Shown here: piece after piece, positions 23,109 to 33,787 of the stretch | Layout: each line of letters opens with the position of its first letter | Position numbering within the stretch: the first letter of the stretch is position 1 | NCBI GenBank assembly: GCA_031763465.1 | Contig: JARFOE010000001.1 | Coordinates: 9,707,552-9,741,338, forward strand | Length of the DNA: 33,787 nucleotides | DNA from: Squatina squatina | Taxonomy: Eukaryota | Reading direction: 5' to 3' | Translations under genes and position numbers: made by a program | The notes under the pieces: generated by a model | What the model saw: the letters and a program-made list of their open reading frames with translations, nothing else | Database searches by the model: none | What the model was told of the DNA's origin: nothing

Positions 23109-23284
23109 GCATTGCTCCCTCTCTCTAATGCTGTATTGTTGCCTCTCTCTAGTGCTTCATTGCTCCCTCTCTCTAATGTTGCATTGCTCCTTCTCTAATG
23201 TTGCATTGCTCCCTCTCTACAATGTTTGCATTGCTCCCTCTCTCGAAGGCTGCATTGTTCTCGCTCTATCTCCAATACTGCATA
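23109..23284. repeat. minisatellite, about 24-bp unit GCATTGCTCCCTCTCTCTAATGYT, about 7 visible copies
   Basis: Tandem units read directly from the sequence. The array begins at a gap edge. Confidence 0.85.
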
Positions 23285-23809
23285 ATTCACTATCCACTAT
23301 ATACCTACTATTACACCAGATATGCCCTCAGTGAATTGAATACTGCAATCCAATCTGGAGTTTCTTCTTGCAGCTTCACATCTGAACCCAGGTCATAGGT
23401 ATCTAGAACCCTCTACTTATAAATGTTGAGACATTGTGAAATTCCTCAACAGTTACACATGTTTCTTTTGATGAGCTCAGATTACTCAGTATTTGGTGCA
23501 AGATTCTTACACTTGAATATTTTGTATTCTTGCATCATTCTTTTTCTCAACACACTTTAAATAAAATATGAATAGAACATGTTACAACATGTGCTTCTAT
23601 TGACACTCTTCACCTTAGAGAAATAGCACGGTACTCTACTTTTATACCTCATGCAGATTGTGTAAAGATCAGACAAATTAGAATTTTAATTTATACCACA
23701 GACAAAAATGTTTCCAGAATAGGTATCTCATTCATCAAAGCAAAAATAAGAAACAACCAATTAATAAACTACCAACCTTTGATAATGTGATCTGAAAGTG
23801 GTAAACAAC

Positions 23810-26580
23810 ATTTGGTGGTAAATAGCAGGTATTTATTTAAATGAAAAAAAGTTTAGTACCAGGATTTGTCTCTATTGCATTAGTTACATATGTATTTGTG
23901 TGACTGTAGCTCTTTTGCATTAAAGACAAATATACAATGACAATTCAGATACCACAGTTTACACACTAATGTAACGCATCAGTCTAGCACAGGAACCACC
24001 AAAACAAGGATTTTGTTTCTCATATACAGTACAAAAGTCCCACTCCAGTTCAGCCAGTTTTCTTCATTTCAGATTCATTACTGTACAGATAATGGTCATC
24101 TGGGGAGGGAGGGGTACAAGTAATTGGTTAATATATTAAACACAACAAAAAAGGTGGAAACAATATACATTTTACTGACACAAAAAGTCAGCTGTGTTAA
24201 TCATGCAACAAGTAACAANNNNNNNNNNNNNNNNNNNNNNNNNNNNNNNNNNNNNNNNNNNNNNNNNNNNNNNNNNNNNNNNNNNNNNNNNNNNNNNNNN
24301 NNNNNNNNNNNNNNNNNNNNNNNNNNNNNNNNNNNNNNNNNNNNNNNNNNNNNNNNNNNNNNNNNNNNNNNNNNNNNNNNNNNNNNNNNNNNNNNNNNNN
24401 NNNNNNNNNNNNNNNNNNNNNNNNNNNNNNNNNNNNNNNNNNNNNNNNNNNNNNNNNNNNNNNNNNNNNNNNNNNNNNNNNNNNNNNNNNNNNNNNNNNN
24501 NNNNNNNNNNNNNNNNNNNNNNNNNNNNNNNNNNNNNNNNNNNNNNNNNNNNNNNNNNTGCTACAACATGGATTGCTCCAAGTGCTTTCTACAGATTATG
24601 ATATAGTCTGTGTTGATATGCCCATCACAATTTTAACACAAGAAACAAAGTTAATTTTAAATAAACATGAAGATCAATTATCCTCGTAAGAGGTGATCCA
24701 TGCATTGGTAGCAGCATTTAACGCAAAAAGAAACGCTTACTGCCCACAGTACCACTGCAATAGGGGAAGTGGCCTTTGAAATTAATCTACAATCAAGTCT
24801 GATTCCCAAAGACCCTTACTATACTTAACACATTAACAACTACCAGTAGTTGCTTCATTGCCCCAGTCAATGTGCTTACAGACAATGGCTGTTGATTAAC
24901 TGCAACATTTTTTGACAGCTAATATAAAATACTGAGGTCCATTGTAAATGTGCTCATGGAAATTGGCTGTAGTATTTTGCTTTTTATATGTTGTGGTTTT
25001 TCAGAAACGACTGCCTGGGGCAGACCAACACTCAAGCATCACACCAGCTGTCAGAGTCCATAAATACTGAACTGACTAGTACAATAGAACATTTATTAGC
25101 AATTTTATCAATCTAAACATGTGGAAACCATTTTTTGAAATAAATTCACTGCATGGCTATTAAAGGTCAGCTAGACAAATAAGATCACTGAAGTGTTGCT
25201 GAACACTGCTGTGCTGTAATTTTAATAAATTGATAAAGATCTAGGAACCTAAAAGGCTGGGTTTTACACTCTATAGTGAAGATTCTATTGCAGGATTCAT
25301 TCAACAACTGCAGACTAACACGTCTCCTTGCTTTACCACCATGACATTGGATACATTCTAACATAACATAGTATTGTTTTAAATGAAGCTGCTTGACTGT
25401 ATTATGACTTAATATGCCCATATATTGGTGCAGAGAGAAAATACTGCTTTTATACTTGCTGGTCTAGAATACGTCATCAACATTTTGTAAACAGCTTGGA
25501 TAAGGTAGAAAATGCATCTACTCAAATTACAATAGTATACTTTCAATTTATTTCAATTTTCAGTTTACCCTAATTGCAGTGTACTGAGCTTGGTGCAACA
25601 GAATTCAATGGTAAGGAAAATTTATTTTCTTGCTGTCCCCCCGCCAAAACACATATGCAAAAATAAAATCTTGCATTATGGTAGCGCAATGCTGAAAGAA
25701 CCACTTGCATTCCCAAGCATTGCAAGTGTCCTATTGCTCCTAAAAAGGATAGTTAAATATGTGTTTGTTAGAACACAGATGCTGATGTTATAGCACATTA
25801 CTATCCCCAGACAAACTTTAGTGTTTTCAAGAAGGTATTTTACTATTCAGAAAATAGATGGATACAATGACATGACTGGTTTGAAACTGCTGCATGCCTC
25901 TTTTTCTAAGATACTGTGAGCTTATGGNNNNNNNNNNNNNNNNNNNNNNNNNNNNNNNNNNNNNNNNNNNNNNNNNNNNNNNNNNNNNNNNNNNNNNNNN
26001 NNNNNNNNNNNNNNNNNNNNNNNNNNNNNNNNNNNNNNNNNNNNNNNNNNNNNNNNNNNNNNNNNNNNNNNNNNNNNNNNNNNNNNNNNNNNNNNNNNNN
26101 NNNNNNNNNNNNNNNNNNNNNNNNNNNNNNNNNNNNNNNNNNNNNNNNNNNNNNNNNNNNNNNNNNNNNNNNNNNNNNNNNNNNNNNNNNNNNNNNNNNN
26201 NNNNNNNNNNNNNNNNNNNNNNNNNNNNNNNNNNNNNNNNNNNNNNNNNNNNNNNNNNNNNNNNNNNNNNNNNNNNNNNNGCGACATTATCAAGATGTTT
26301 AAGGGATGGTTTTAAGTCCAGAACTACCAAAATCATACTCTCAGCACATTCCAGAGCATTCAAACCATCTATGAGTTAGGTAGAGAGATGAGCACATCAA
26401 CTGCAAGGCAAATGATCCCTTTCTATTCAGTATATTACAGTGCTTCAACACAGTACAAAGGAATTTATGTAAACTCTTTTTTATCCCCCCACAAGACTTT
26501 TCCTTTTGCATAAAATCATTTGAAATAGCTGGGAGTAACAATGATTCTACTTGTCTGGTCACTGATATGTCAATGACCAT
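23810..26580 (-). other. WDFY3: WDFY3 3' UTR (approximate end)
   Basis: AT-rich, repeat-poor sequence following the stop codon, with a minus-strand AATAAA at 23837-23832. Contains two gaps. Confidence 0.55.
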
Positions 26581-26701
26581 CTAGTTCCTGGAGCTCTCCT
26601 CAGCTCCCTTCTCCTGCTGTAGGTTGTAGTAACAATTCTGACAGACACGGACTGGTGAGGAGATTTTCAAGCGTCTGATCTCAGACTGAAATCGACTGCA
26701 C
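26581..26701 (-). CDS. WDFY3: WDFY3 terminal coding exon (FYVE C-half) to stop
   Basis: atttcag|G TGC... gives (K)CSRFQSEIRRLKISSPVRVCQNCYYNLQQEKGAEESSRN*, with the FYVE RVC motif. TAG at 26583-26581. Not in the ORF track. Confidence 0.96.
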
Positions 26702-28858
26702 CTGAAATATGAAATAAAGTAGAATCTGTAACTATTGCAAAACTACTGTTTTTTGTAAAATTTTATCAAAATAAGTGTTACAAACATCACCTTTAGGGTT
26801 TACAGGCCAAAAACGGGTCTGAATTAGTATTGGACCACATTTGACAAACTGGGGACTTGAAAATTAAACACTATTCTGGAGAAAAGACAAGAGCTACCTG
26901 TCAAAGATCTCTTTACTGACTGCAACCAATGTTAGACTACCCATGACAGGTAGTTTTTCTTATATTTTGGACACAGTTCAACTCACATACACTAAATGAA
27001 CAAACCTTCATGTAATGGAAGAAAAACAGCTTAAGGACAGCTTAACTGCCTCGTTAACAATTTCGCACTACATGCAACGACCGCAGGTGGTCTTTCCAAT
27101 TTCCTTTTTATAAAAGGCCTGGTCTTGAGTTATATTTTGAGTCTTTCCCCAGAAGAGAAAATAGGATCAAATAAATGAGAGAATGCAATATTGCAGGCAA
27201 GAAGTTTATCAGAAAACTCCAAGCTTTGCCTAGTTATAAAGAGAATTCAGGAGCAGGAGAATAGTTACTTTATATACAATGGTTGAATGAAGAACCATAG
27301 AAATGTTGGTGCAGCACGAAGCAATTCAGCTCCTCACGCCTGTGCTGCTGCTAGAAGACCATACCTATGACAAATAATCTGACAGTCTTCCTCATTTTAT
27401 TCAACCTCCATATATATTTATTCAACCTTCATATACATTAATGAAAATATCAAAGCAGTGTGAAAAAAGCAAGCAGCAGCATTCACTGACCTGAAATGTT
27501 AAGACCAGTTTAAAACAAATTCATCAAGACAAAACTGCTCAGTGAAAACAAGTAAAGATCTTCCTTACAGCTGGCTTCTAATCTGAAATAAAGACTTTGC
27601 ATGTTGACCCACGAGGTAACTACAAGATAACTGGAATCGCCTCTAATGCTATTATATTAAAGGCATTTTTACAAATGATGCGCATTAAATAACTCCGTCT
27701 AACTCACAACATCTTTCTTTGGAACTTGGAATGGCAGACTACATATAAAATAACATTATGGGTCTGCTTACGAGTAGAAATACTTAATTTAGGAGAAAAT
27801 CAGAACATCAAGTATGTATAACCAATTTCCTGAGGTGAACACANNNNNNNNNNNNNNNNNNNNNNNNNNNNNNNNNNNNNNNNNNNNNNNNNNNNNNNNN
27901 NNNNNNNNNNNNNNNNNNNNNNNNNNNNNNNNNNNNNNNNNNNNNNNNNNNNNNNNNNNNNNNNNNNNNNNNNNNNNNNNNNNNNNNNNNNNNNNNNNNN
28001 NNNNNNNNNNNNNNNNNNNNNNNNNNNNNNNNNNNNNNNNNNNNNNNNNNNNNNNNNNNNNNNNNNNNNNNNNNNNNNNNNNNNNNNNNNNNNNNNNNNN
28101 NNNNNNNNNNNNNNNNNNNNNNNNNNNNNNNNNNNNNNNNNNNNNNNNNNNNNNNNNNNNNNNNNNNNNNNNNNNNNNNNNNNNNNNNNNNNNNNNNNNN
28201 NNNNNNNNNNNNNNNNNNNNNNNNNNNNNNNNNNNNNNNNNNNNNNNNNNNNNNNNNNNNNNNNNNNNNNNNNNNNNNNNNNNNNNNNNNNNNNNNNNNN
28301 NNNNNNNNNNNNNNNNNNNNNNNNNNNNNNNNNNNNNNNNNNNNNNNNNNNNNNNNNNNTGCCTGGTGTGTGTGTCTTTCTTATCCTTTGATACGTAGAT
28401 GCCAGTCACCTACTTGGTCTCCCTGCTCTTGGTTTATTATGCTTATTGCCTACTGTGTATGTCTGTCTTTTTTTTCCACATGCTATGCAGTGAGTTACAA
28501 TTTAACAGACTAAATCAAAAAAAATAGCATTAAAGTATAGGGAATAGCTCTACCAGTCTAAATATTCTGTTGCCAAGTTTGCTTTTCAGAATTGGATATG
28601 TGTTGGTAGGTTTGAGTATTGGCCTGATTATACTTTGAAGGACTTGCCACCTGTTTGTACAGCTGTTCAAGTGTCATACTGTACACGTGTAAGGGTTCAT
28701 TAAATCCACTCAGCCATCTAAAATCAAGATCTGTCAAAATGTTAGTGCTGATAGCATAACAAATGAAAACTAACCTGCAACTTTGTCATCTGATTTAAAT
28801 ACTGCGAAAGGTTCATTACAGAATAGAGTATCCCCAAATTTATTACATGTCCTCTTAC

Positions 28859-29056
28859 TTTTGACAGAAGAGCTGCCCACAGTTTCTGCAGTGATGCCGT
28901 CTCTCAGTCAGGGAGAAGCGTACTGAACATCCTGAACAGCAGTCACCTCCATCATCTTTAATCCAGTGGTCAGCAGCTGTCCTCCCCGGCTGGTCACTCA
29001 CTGACCAGTTAAATACCCGGCCTCGGGCATCACCTACCAGAATTTTACTGTGATCC
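28859..29056 (-). CDS. WDFY3: WDFY3 penultimate exon (last WD40 strand and FYVE N-half)
   Basis: ctacag|G GAT...CAA AA|gtaag, 198 nt. DHSKILVGDARGRVFNWSVSDQPGRTAADHWIKDDGGDCCSGCSVRFSLTERRHHCRNCGQLFCQ contains the FYVE WxxD and RRHHCR motifs. Confidence 0.97.
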
Positions 29057-29344
29057 CTGTAGGGAAGGAAAAAAAAGCAAGACCAAAATGACTGCATTAA
29101 ATTGAGTTATTGATTCATTTAATGTGCTAAATTCAGAAAAGTGCTTTCTTTTTTAAAACCTGTAGGGCACCCAATTCGATTGCCCTAGGTTTCTGGCACA
29201 ACGGAAGAATAGTTGGGCGCTAAGTTCAGCTCTTAGGACTTTAGNNNNNNNNNNNNNNNNNNNNNNNNNNNNNNNNNNNNNNNNNNNNNNNNNNNNNNNN
29301 NNNNNNNNNNNNNNNNNNNNNNNNNNNNNNNNNNNNNNNNNNNN

Positions 29345-29652
29345 GGTGATGTTGCATATGACTTTGAACTTGAGGCTGCTGTTGAGTTTGTGAGTGCTGT
29401 TTAGATTGGCCTTCCGAGTAATTTACGAAGACAAACCCATCCTTCTCATCCAGGCTGAGTTGATCTGCCCAGCGTTTTGATTCATCCCCCTCGACAAACC
29501 ATGCTGCTCGGCCTGACATGCCCTTTGCCTTGTGTGCTGCAGAGCCAGATAAACTTTGCTTGGGCTTTGGCTCTTGGATGCTGCTCTGATCCTCCAGGTC
29601 AGNNNNNNNNNNAGGTCAGAATCACTGCTCTCCTCATCCTGGGCATCCCCAC
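29345..29652 (-). CDS. WDFY3: WDFY3 exon, acidic spacer within the WD40 region containing the LIR motif; 3' end lost in gap
   Basis: tttag|GT GGG GAT... gives GDAQDEESSDSDLEDQSSIQEPK...SKRWADQLSLDEKDGFVFVNYSEGQ. DGFVFV corresponds to the human ALFY LIR (DGFIFV). Interrupted by a 10-N gap at 29603-29612. Confidence 0.93.
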
Positions 29653-30379
29653 CTAAATCACAAATATAAATCAAATATACAATATCTCTTTCCACACAGT
29701 TACAGAAACAGAAAAAAAAATAAGAATCTGTATCGCTCTATGGGATTTGTAAGTGACATATTTAATTTGTTGATAGTTGCAATTTCTTTTTAATATTACT
29801 TCCATGGGAATTAAGTCAACAGCAGGTACAGTTATGATCAACATGGTATTGTGCTTTTCAAATAAATTTAGAACAAATTTAACCTACAAGGGGCTTAGAT
29901 TATATCAATAGCCACAAGAGGGAAGCTAGAGTTTTAATTTCAGCTGACAGCAACAATCCCAGCAGTTTTTATTTCTTACAGTATATAGGATTCTTCTATT
30001 TTGAACTTTCCTGTTAGAGTTATTGAAGTGCACAGCTTCGACTGTCACTACCAATCTTTCACAATCATAAATTGCCACTGTACAGCACCATATTATGTAA
30101 CTGAATGGAGCTGTTTTACAAGACAATGATACAAGGCTAGGGTTACCAAATGGGAAGTCAAGATTTCACTGAAAAATTGCTCATATAAAAGACAGTGCAT
30201 TCCTGCACACAAGTCTTGAACACACTNNNNNNNNNNNNNNNNNNNNNNNNNNNNNNNNNNNNNNNNNNNNNNNNNNNNNNNNNNNNNNNNNNNNNNNNNN
30301 NNNNNNNNNNNNNNNNNNNNNNNNNNGGCAAGAGTTGGGCAAATAGCCCAACTCTCCACCTGTGGAGGACCTTCTCCTG

Positions 30380-30550
30380 GCAATGCATTGGATCTGTGAA
30401 GAGAAATCTTGACAAATCGCAACTGCCAGGTTTAGGCGCATGCACTTCATAGCCCTAAACCCGGAACTTGCGGGGTCCCTACGGGTGCATGCGAACCTTG
30501 TACGCACCCGGAGGGACTTGTCCGTACCCATCGGGACCAGAATTTCTGAC
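30380..30550. mobile_element. hairpin-bearing MITE-like end in a WDFY3 intron
   Basis: GC-rich stem GTCCCTACGGGTGC...GCACCCGGAGGGAC followed by CAGAATTTCTGAC. Confidence 0.45.
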
Positions 30551-31142
30551 TCATTGTTGTATATAATATGCAAGCGAACGGTAAATAGGCTGTTTAAACA
30601 CACAGAAGTAATGTGATACAATCTATTATTTGTTATCTTATACAGAGTTGAACTGTCATCCAGCATGATGGTAAATGTTGATAAGTGTAACTTCCTTTCA
30701 GTAAAATTTCTCATCCAGTAATTAGTCAACTTGACTAGTTTGGTTAAAGGGGGAAATCCATTTTAAAACTGGATGGGACGATTAACCCGAAGTGTCATGT
30801 TAACATTATTATCAGCACAAACATTATTATCAGTACATCACATGTATCCTTCTTTCCGAGTAACTCAAAACTGAGTAACTCCTTACTGCCTGACTCTTCC
30901 CTTCCTTCTATGATATTCAAGCTTTAAAAATCCACACTTGGTGCCATCTTATCACAACACCCTGATTTAGCTCTGCTGCTCTCCTAACCCACTCGTCTTA
31001 ATCCTGGTGGCAATCTGCACTATGGGACTTGATTCTTTGCCCAATTTTCTCAGTGATATTTGTACAAAGTGAGTTGTGCCATCGCACTGAGTATTTTACA
31101 AACAAAAAAAAAATCTTTGAACACTTTTAAATTAAGCCCTGA

Positions 31143-31528
31143 TTCAAAAAAGGAGGGAGACAGAAGCAGGTAACTCTCGGCCAGTTAGCCTAACATCTGT
31201 CATTGGGAAAATGCTAGAATCCATTATTAGGGAAGTAATAGCAGGAATTTAGAAACTCACAATACAATCAAGCAGGGTCAACATGGTTTTATGCAAGGGA
31301 AATCATGTTTGACAAATTTATTAGAGTTCTTTGAGGAAGTAATGAGCAGGGTGGATAAAGGGGAACCAGTAGATGTAGTTTATTTGGATTTCCAAAAGGC
31401 ATTTGATAAGGTGCCACATAAAAGGTTACTGTACAAGATAAGAGCTCAAGGTGTTGAGGTAATATATTAGCATGGATAGAGGATTGGCTAAATAACAGAA
31501 AACAGAGAGTCAGGATAGATGGGTCATT
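31143..31528 (+). mobile_element. CR1 LINE RT fragment (disrupted)
   Basis: FKKG...RPVSLTSVIGKMLESII...QHGFMQGKSCLTNLLEFFEEV...VDVVYLDFQKAFDKVPH...WIEDWL. Confidence 0.9.
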
Positions 31529-32517
31529 GGTCAACTGCATCTTTTAAGACTCATTGTGAGATTGCATTGTTTTCCCTTCAGTTTCCAGTGAGCAGTTGCT
31601 AATATTGACCGGACATTGATAAATAAACAAACAGAAACCATCACCAGTCCATGATGTGTCCGAAGAGACTATAATTACCAACCTATTACAATACAGACAA
31701 TATAGTGGAAGGGAATTCTGACCCTGTAACACTCCACTTAACAATTCAGTTAAAACATATACACAGGATTTCACAGAACCTCTCCAAAAGATAGCAGAAA
31801 AATGTCTCTATAGTTTTGACCTACATTAACTATTATATAATACTTTATTAATTGCGTCACCTGTTTAAGAGTCAGAGCCTTCGCTTTTTCCTTGGAGGTA
31901 CCCATCTCCCAAACACAGATCGTAGTACTTGTTCCTCCAGTAACAACCAACTTAGGGTTGGGACAAATTGTGCAGAAAATCTGAAATCACTTGTACACAT
32001 TTTACAAGGATTGTAGAAATTAACCACAAAGCTGTAGAGGTTTTTATATAATTCGGGGCTTCCTTTACACAGGTACTGTTCTCAAACCACATCTGCAGTA
32101 TAACAGCACCATAACCTACACATCTTGCAGTATTTCTATTTTCTGAACATTCATGGTGTCATCAGTAAGACACCCAAAATTCCAGTGTGGCTGGCTGGGA
32201 CGAGGGATAAACCAGCATGGACTGGGAGTGAGGTGGGTGGGGGTGTGGGGAAGACTGTTGCTCCCTCCACCGNNNNNNNNNNNNNNNNNNNNNNNNNNNN
32301 NNNNNNNNNNNNNNNNNNNNNNNNNNNNNNNNNNNNNNNNNNNNNNNNNNNNNNNNNNNNNNNNNNNNNNNNTATGAGAGCAATCCTGAAACTTTACCAC
32401 ATAGGGGAGGGGGGTAAAAAATATTGGCTGGTTCTAGATTAGCACTGAAGAGGTCAGGGGAGAAGGTGACCTTGGGAGATCTCAATAAGGGAGGGAGAGA
32501 ATACATGGAAAAAATTA

Positions 32518-32892
<375 letters not shown>

Positions 32893-33129
32893 TTAAAACT
32901 ACAGCATAAAATGTAACTGGTCAAATAAAGAAGTAAAATCAGCATTTATTTGATATGATTGCATGGTTATTACCTAACTATTGTTGAGATATCTGGAAGT
33001 CTTGCGCTCTTCTCATTCAGTTCCACTTGTTCACTTTCTTGAGGTTCTAGGAATCAAGACAGACATTTTAGCATATAAAACACGACTTGACTATTTCCAT
33101 TCAGATCACTTTTTTTCTCTTAATCTCCT

Positions 33130-33430
33130 GAAGGCAGGGTCACCTTGCTGAAGTAGTTACAAGCAAGTTTCCCTCTAGGTCCTCACACAAGTGACCATCA
33201 CTTACACGTGAGCCTCAAAATTAATTATAGATAGGCTATTCAAATCATCAAAAGGAGGGAAAATCACAGCTATTCAATTGAAGGGGTAGCACAGCCAACT
33301 CTGAACATGTCCTCGCTATACAGCCACAGAAACTCACTTCCACCAGATAATGATCATGAGTGGGAAAACTGGCCTATTTTTCTCCTCCCGAATCCAAGGC
33401 CACTGCTACGTTGGTTAATATCAGGTAATT
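33130..33430 (-). mobile_element. old SINE copy of the second family
   Basis: Degenerate similarity to 14700-14900 on the opposite strand. Confidence 0.4.
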
Positions 33431-33787
33431 CAGCAACAGGGTTGGAAGCTGGTATCTTCGTAGCAGTTACTCACTGGAGAAACCTGCTGAGGCATTGGGA
33501 AAGCTCTATTCACATCACAAATACATTCTTAGATACTATTTCTACATTCATCACCCTTGTTACATTGTTGAAACATGCTTATACTGATCTAATCTTAGCT
33601 GTTGTGAAGTTGAGGATTGTTGATTTAAAAAATTGTGAAAATCAGTTGCTTAAACAGATATACAAAGGGATTAGCTTTACACTAAAAAGTCAACATTTTC
33701 AACTATTCTTTCAAGATGTCTGGCATTGGTATCCATCATACTAACGTTGCTACATTTCTGAGTCAAACTGCTGCACTTCTCCTTCAC

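Noticed and set aside
23109-23284. CRISPR-like regular repeat
   Set aside because: The units are head-to-tail without unique spacers and the context is eukaryotic, so it is a minisatellite.
24124-28409. Long ORFs in the track (160-206 aa)
   Set aside because: They are made almost entirely of X from N gaps.
29596-29619. Apparent frameshift in the WDFY3 spacer exon (two ORFs in different frames)
   Set aside because: AGGTCAG is duplicated on both sides of the 10-N gap. Collapsing the overlap restores a continuous frame (SSDSDLEDQSS), so this is an assembly artefact.
33307-33744. 145-aa plus-strand ORF
   Set aside because: It overlaps a SINE remnant in a WDFY3 intron and has no recognisable motif or splice structure.

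Overview
This is vertebrate genomic DNA, most likely from a cartilaginous fish judging by the repeat content (SacSINE1/DeuSINE-type SINEs, CR1, L2, Penelope and DIRS remnants, GC-rich hairpin MITEs). It comes from a fragmented draft scaffold with many N gaps, mostly 100-N and 10-N. Exons of three genes are recognisable, in order: TMEM175 (+, lysosomal K+/H+ channel; two internal exons plus the 3' part of the terminal exon), CDS1 (+, CDP-diacylglycerol synthase; three internal exons, one with an in-frame TAG) and the 3' end of WDFY3/Alfy (-, BEACH exon, spacer exon, FYVE exons, 3' UTR). All three genes lack expected exons, which is most simply explained by the gaps. The oddest segment is gap-free (15261-16714). 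There an orphan antisense Siglec/MAG-like Ig exon and an L2 LINE fragment are fused directly into the middle of the TMEM175 terminal exon at a stretch of chance L2/TMEM175 similarity. An L2-derived acceptor there could give an in-frame, single-repeat (6-TM) TMEM175, but a chimeric assembly is at least as likely. Gene and repeat identities rest on my recall of human orthologues and repeat motifs, not on database searches.
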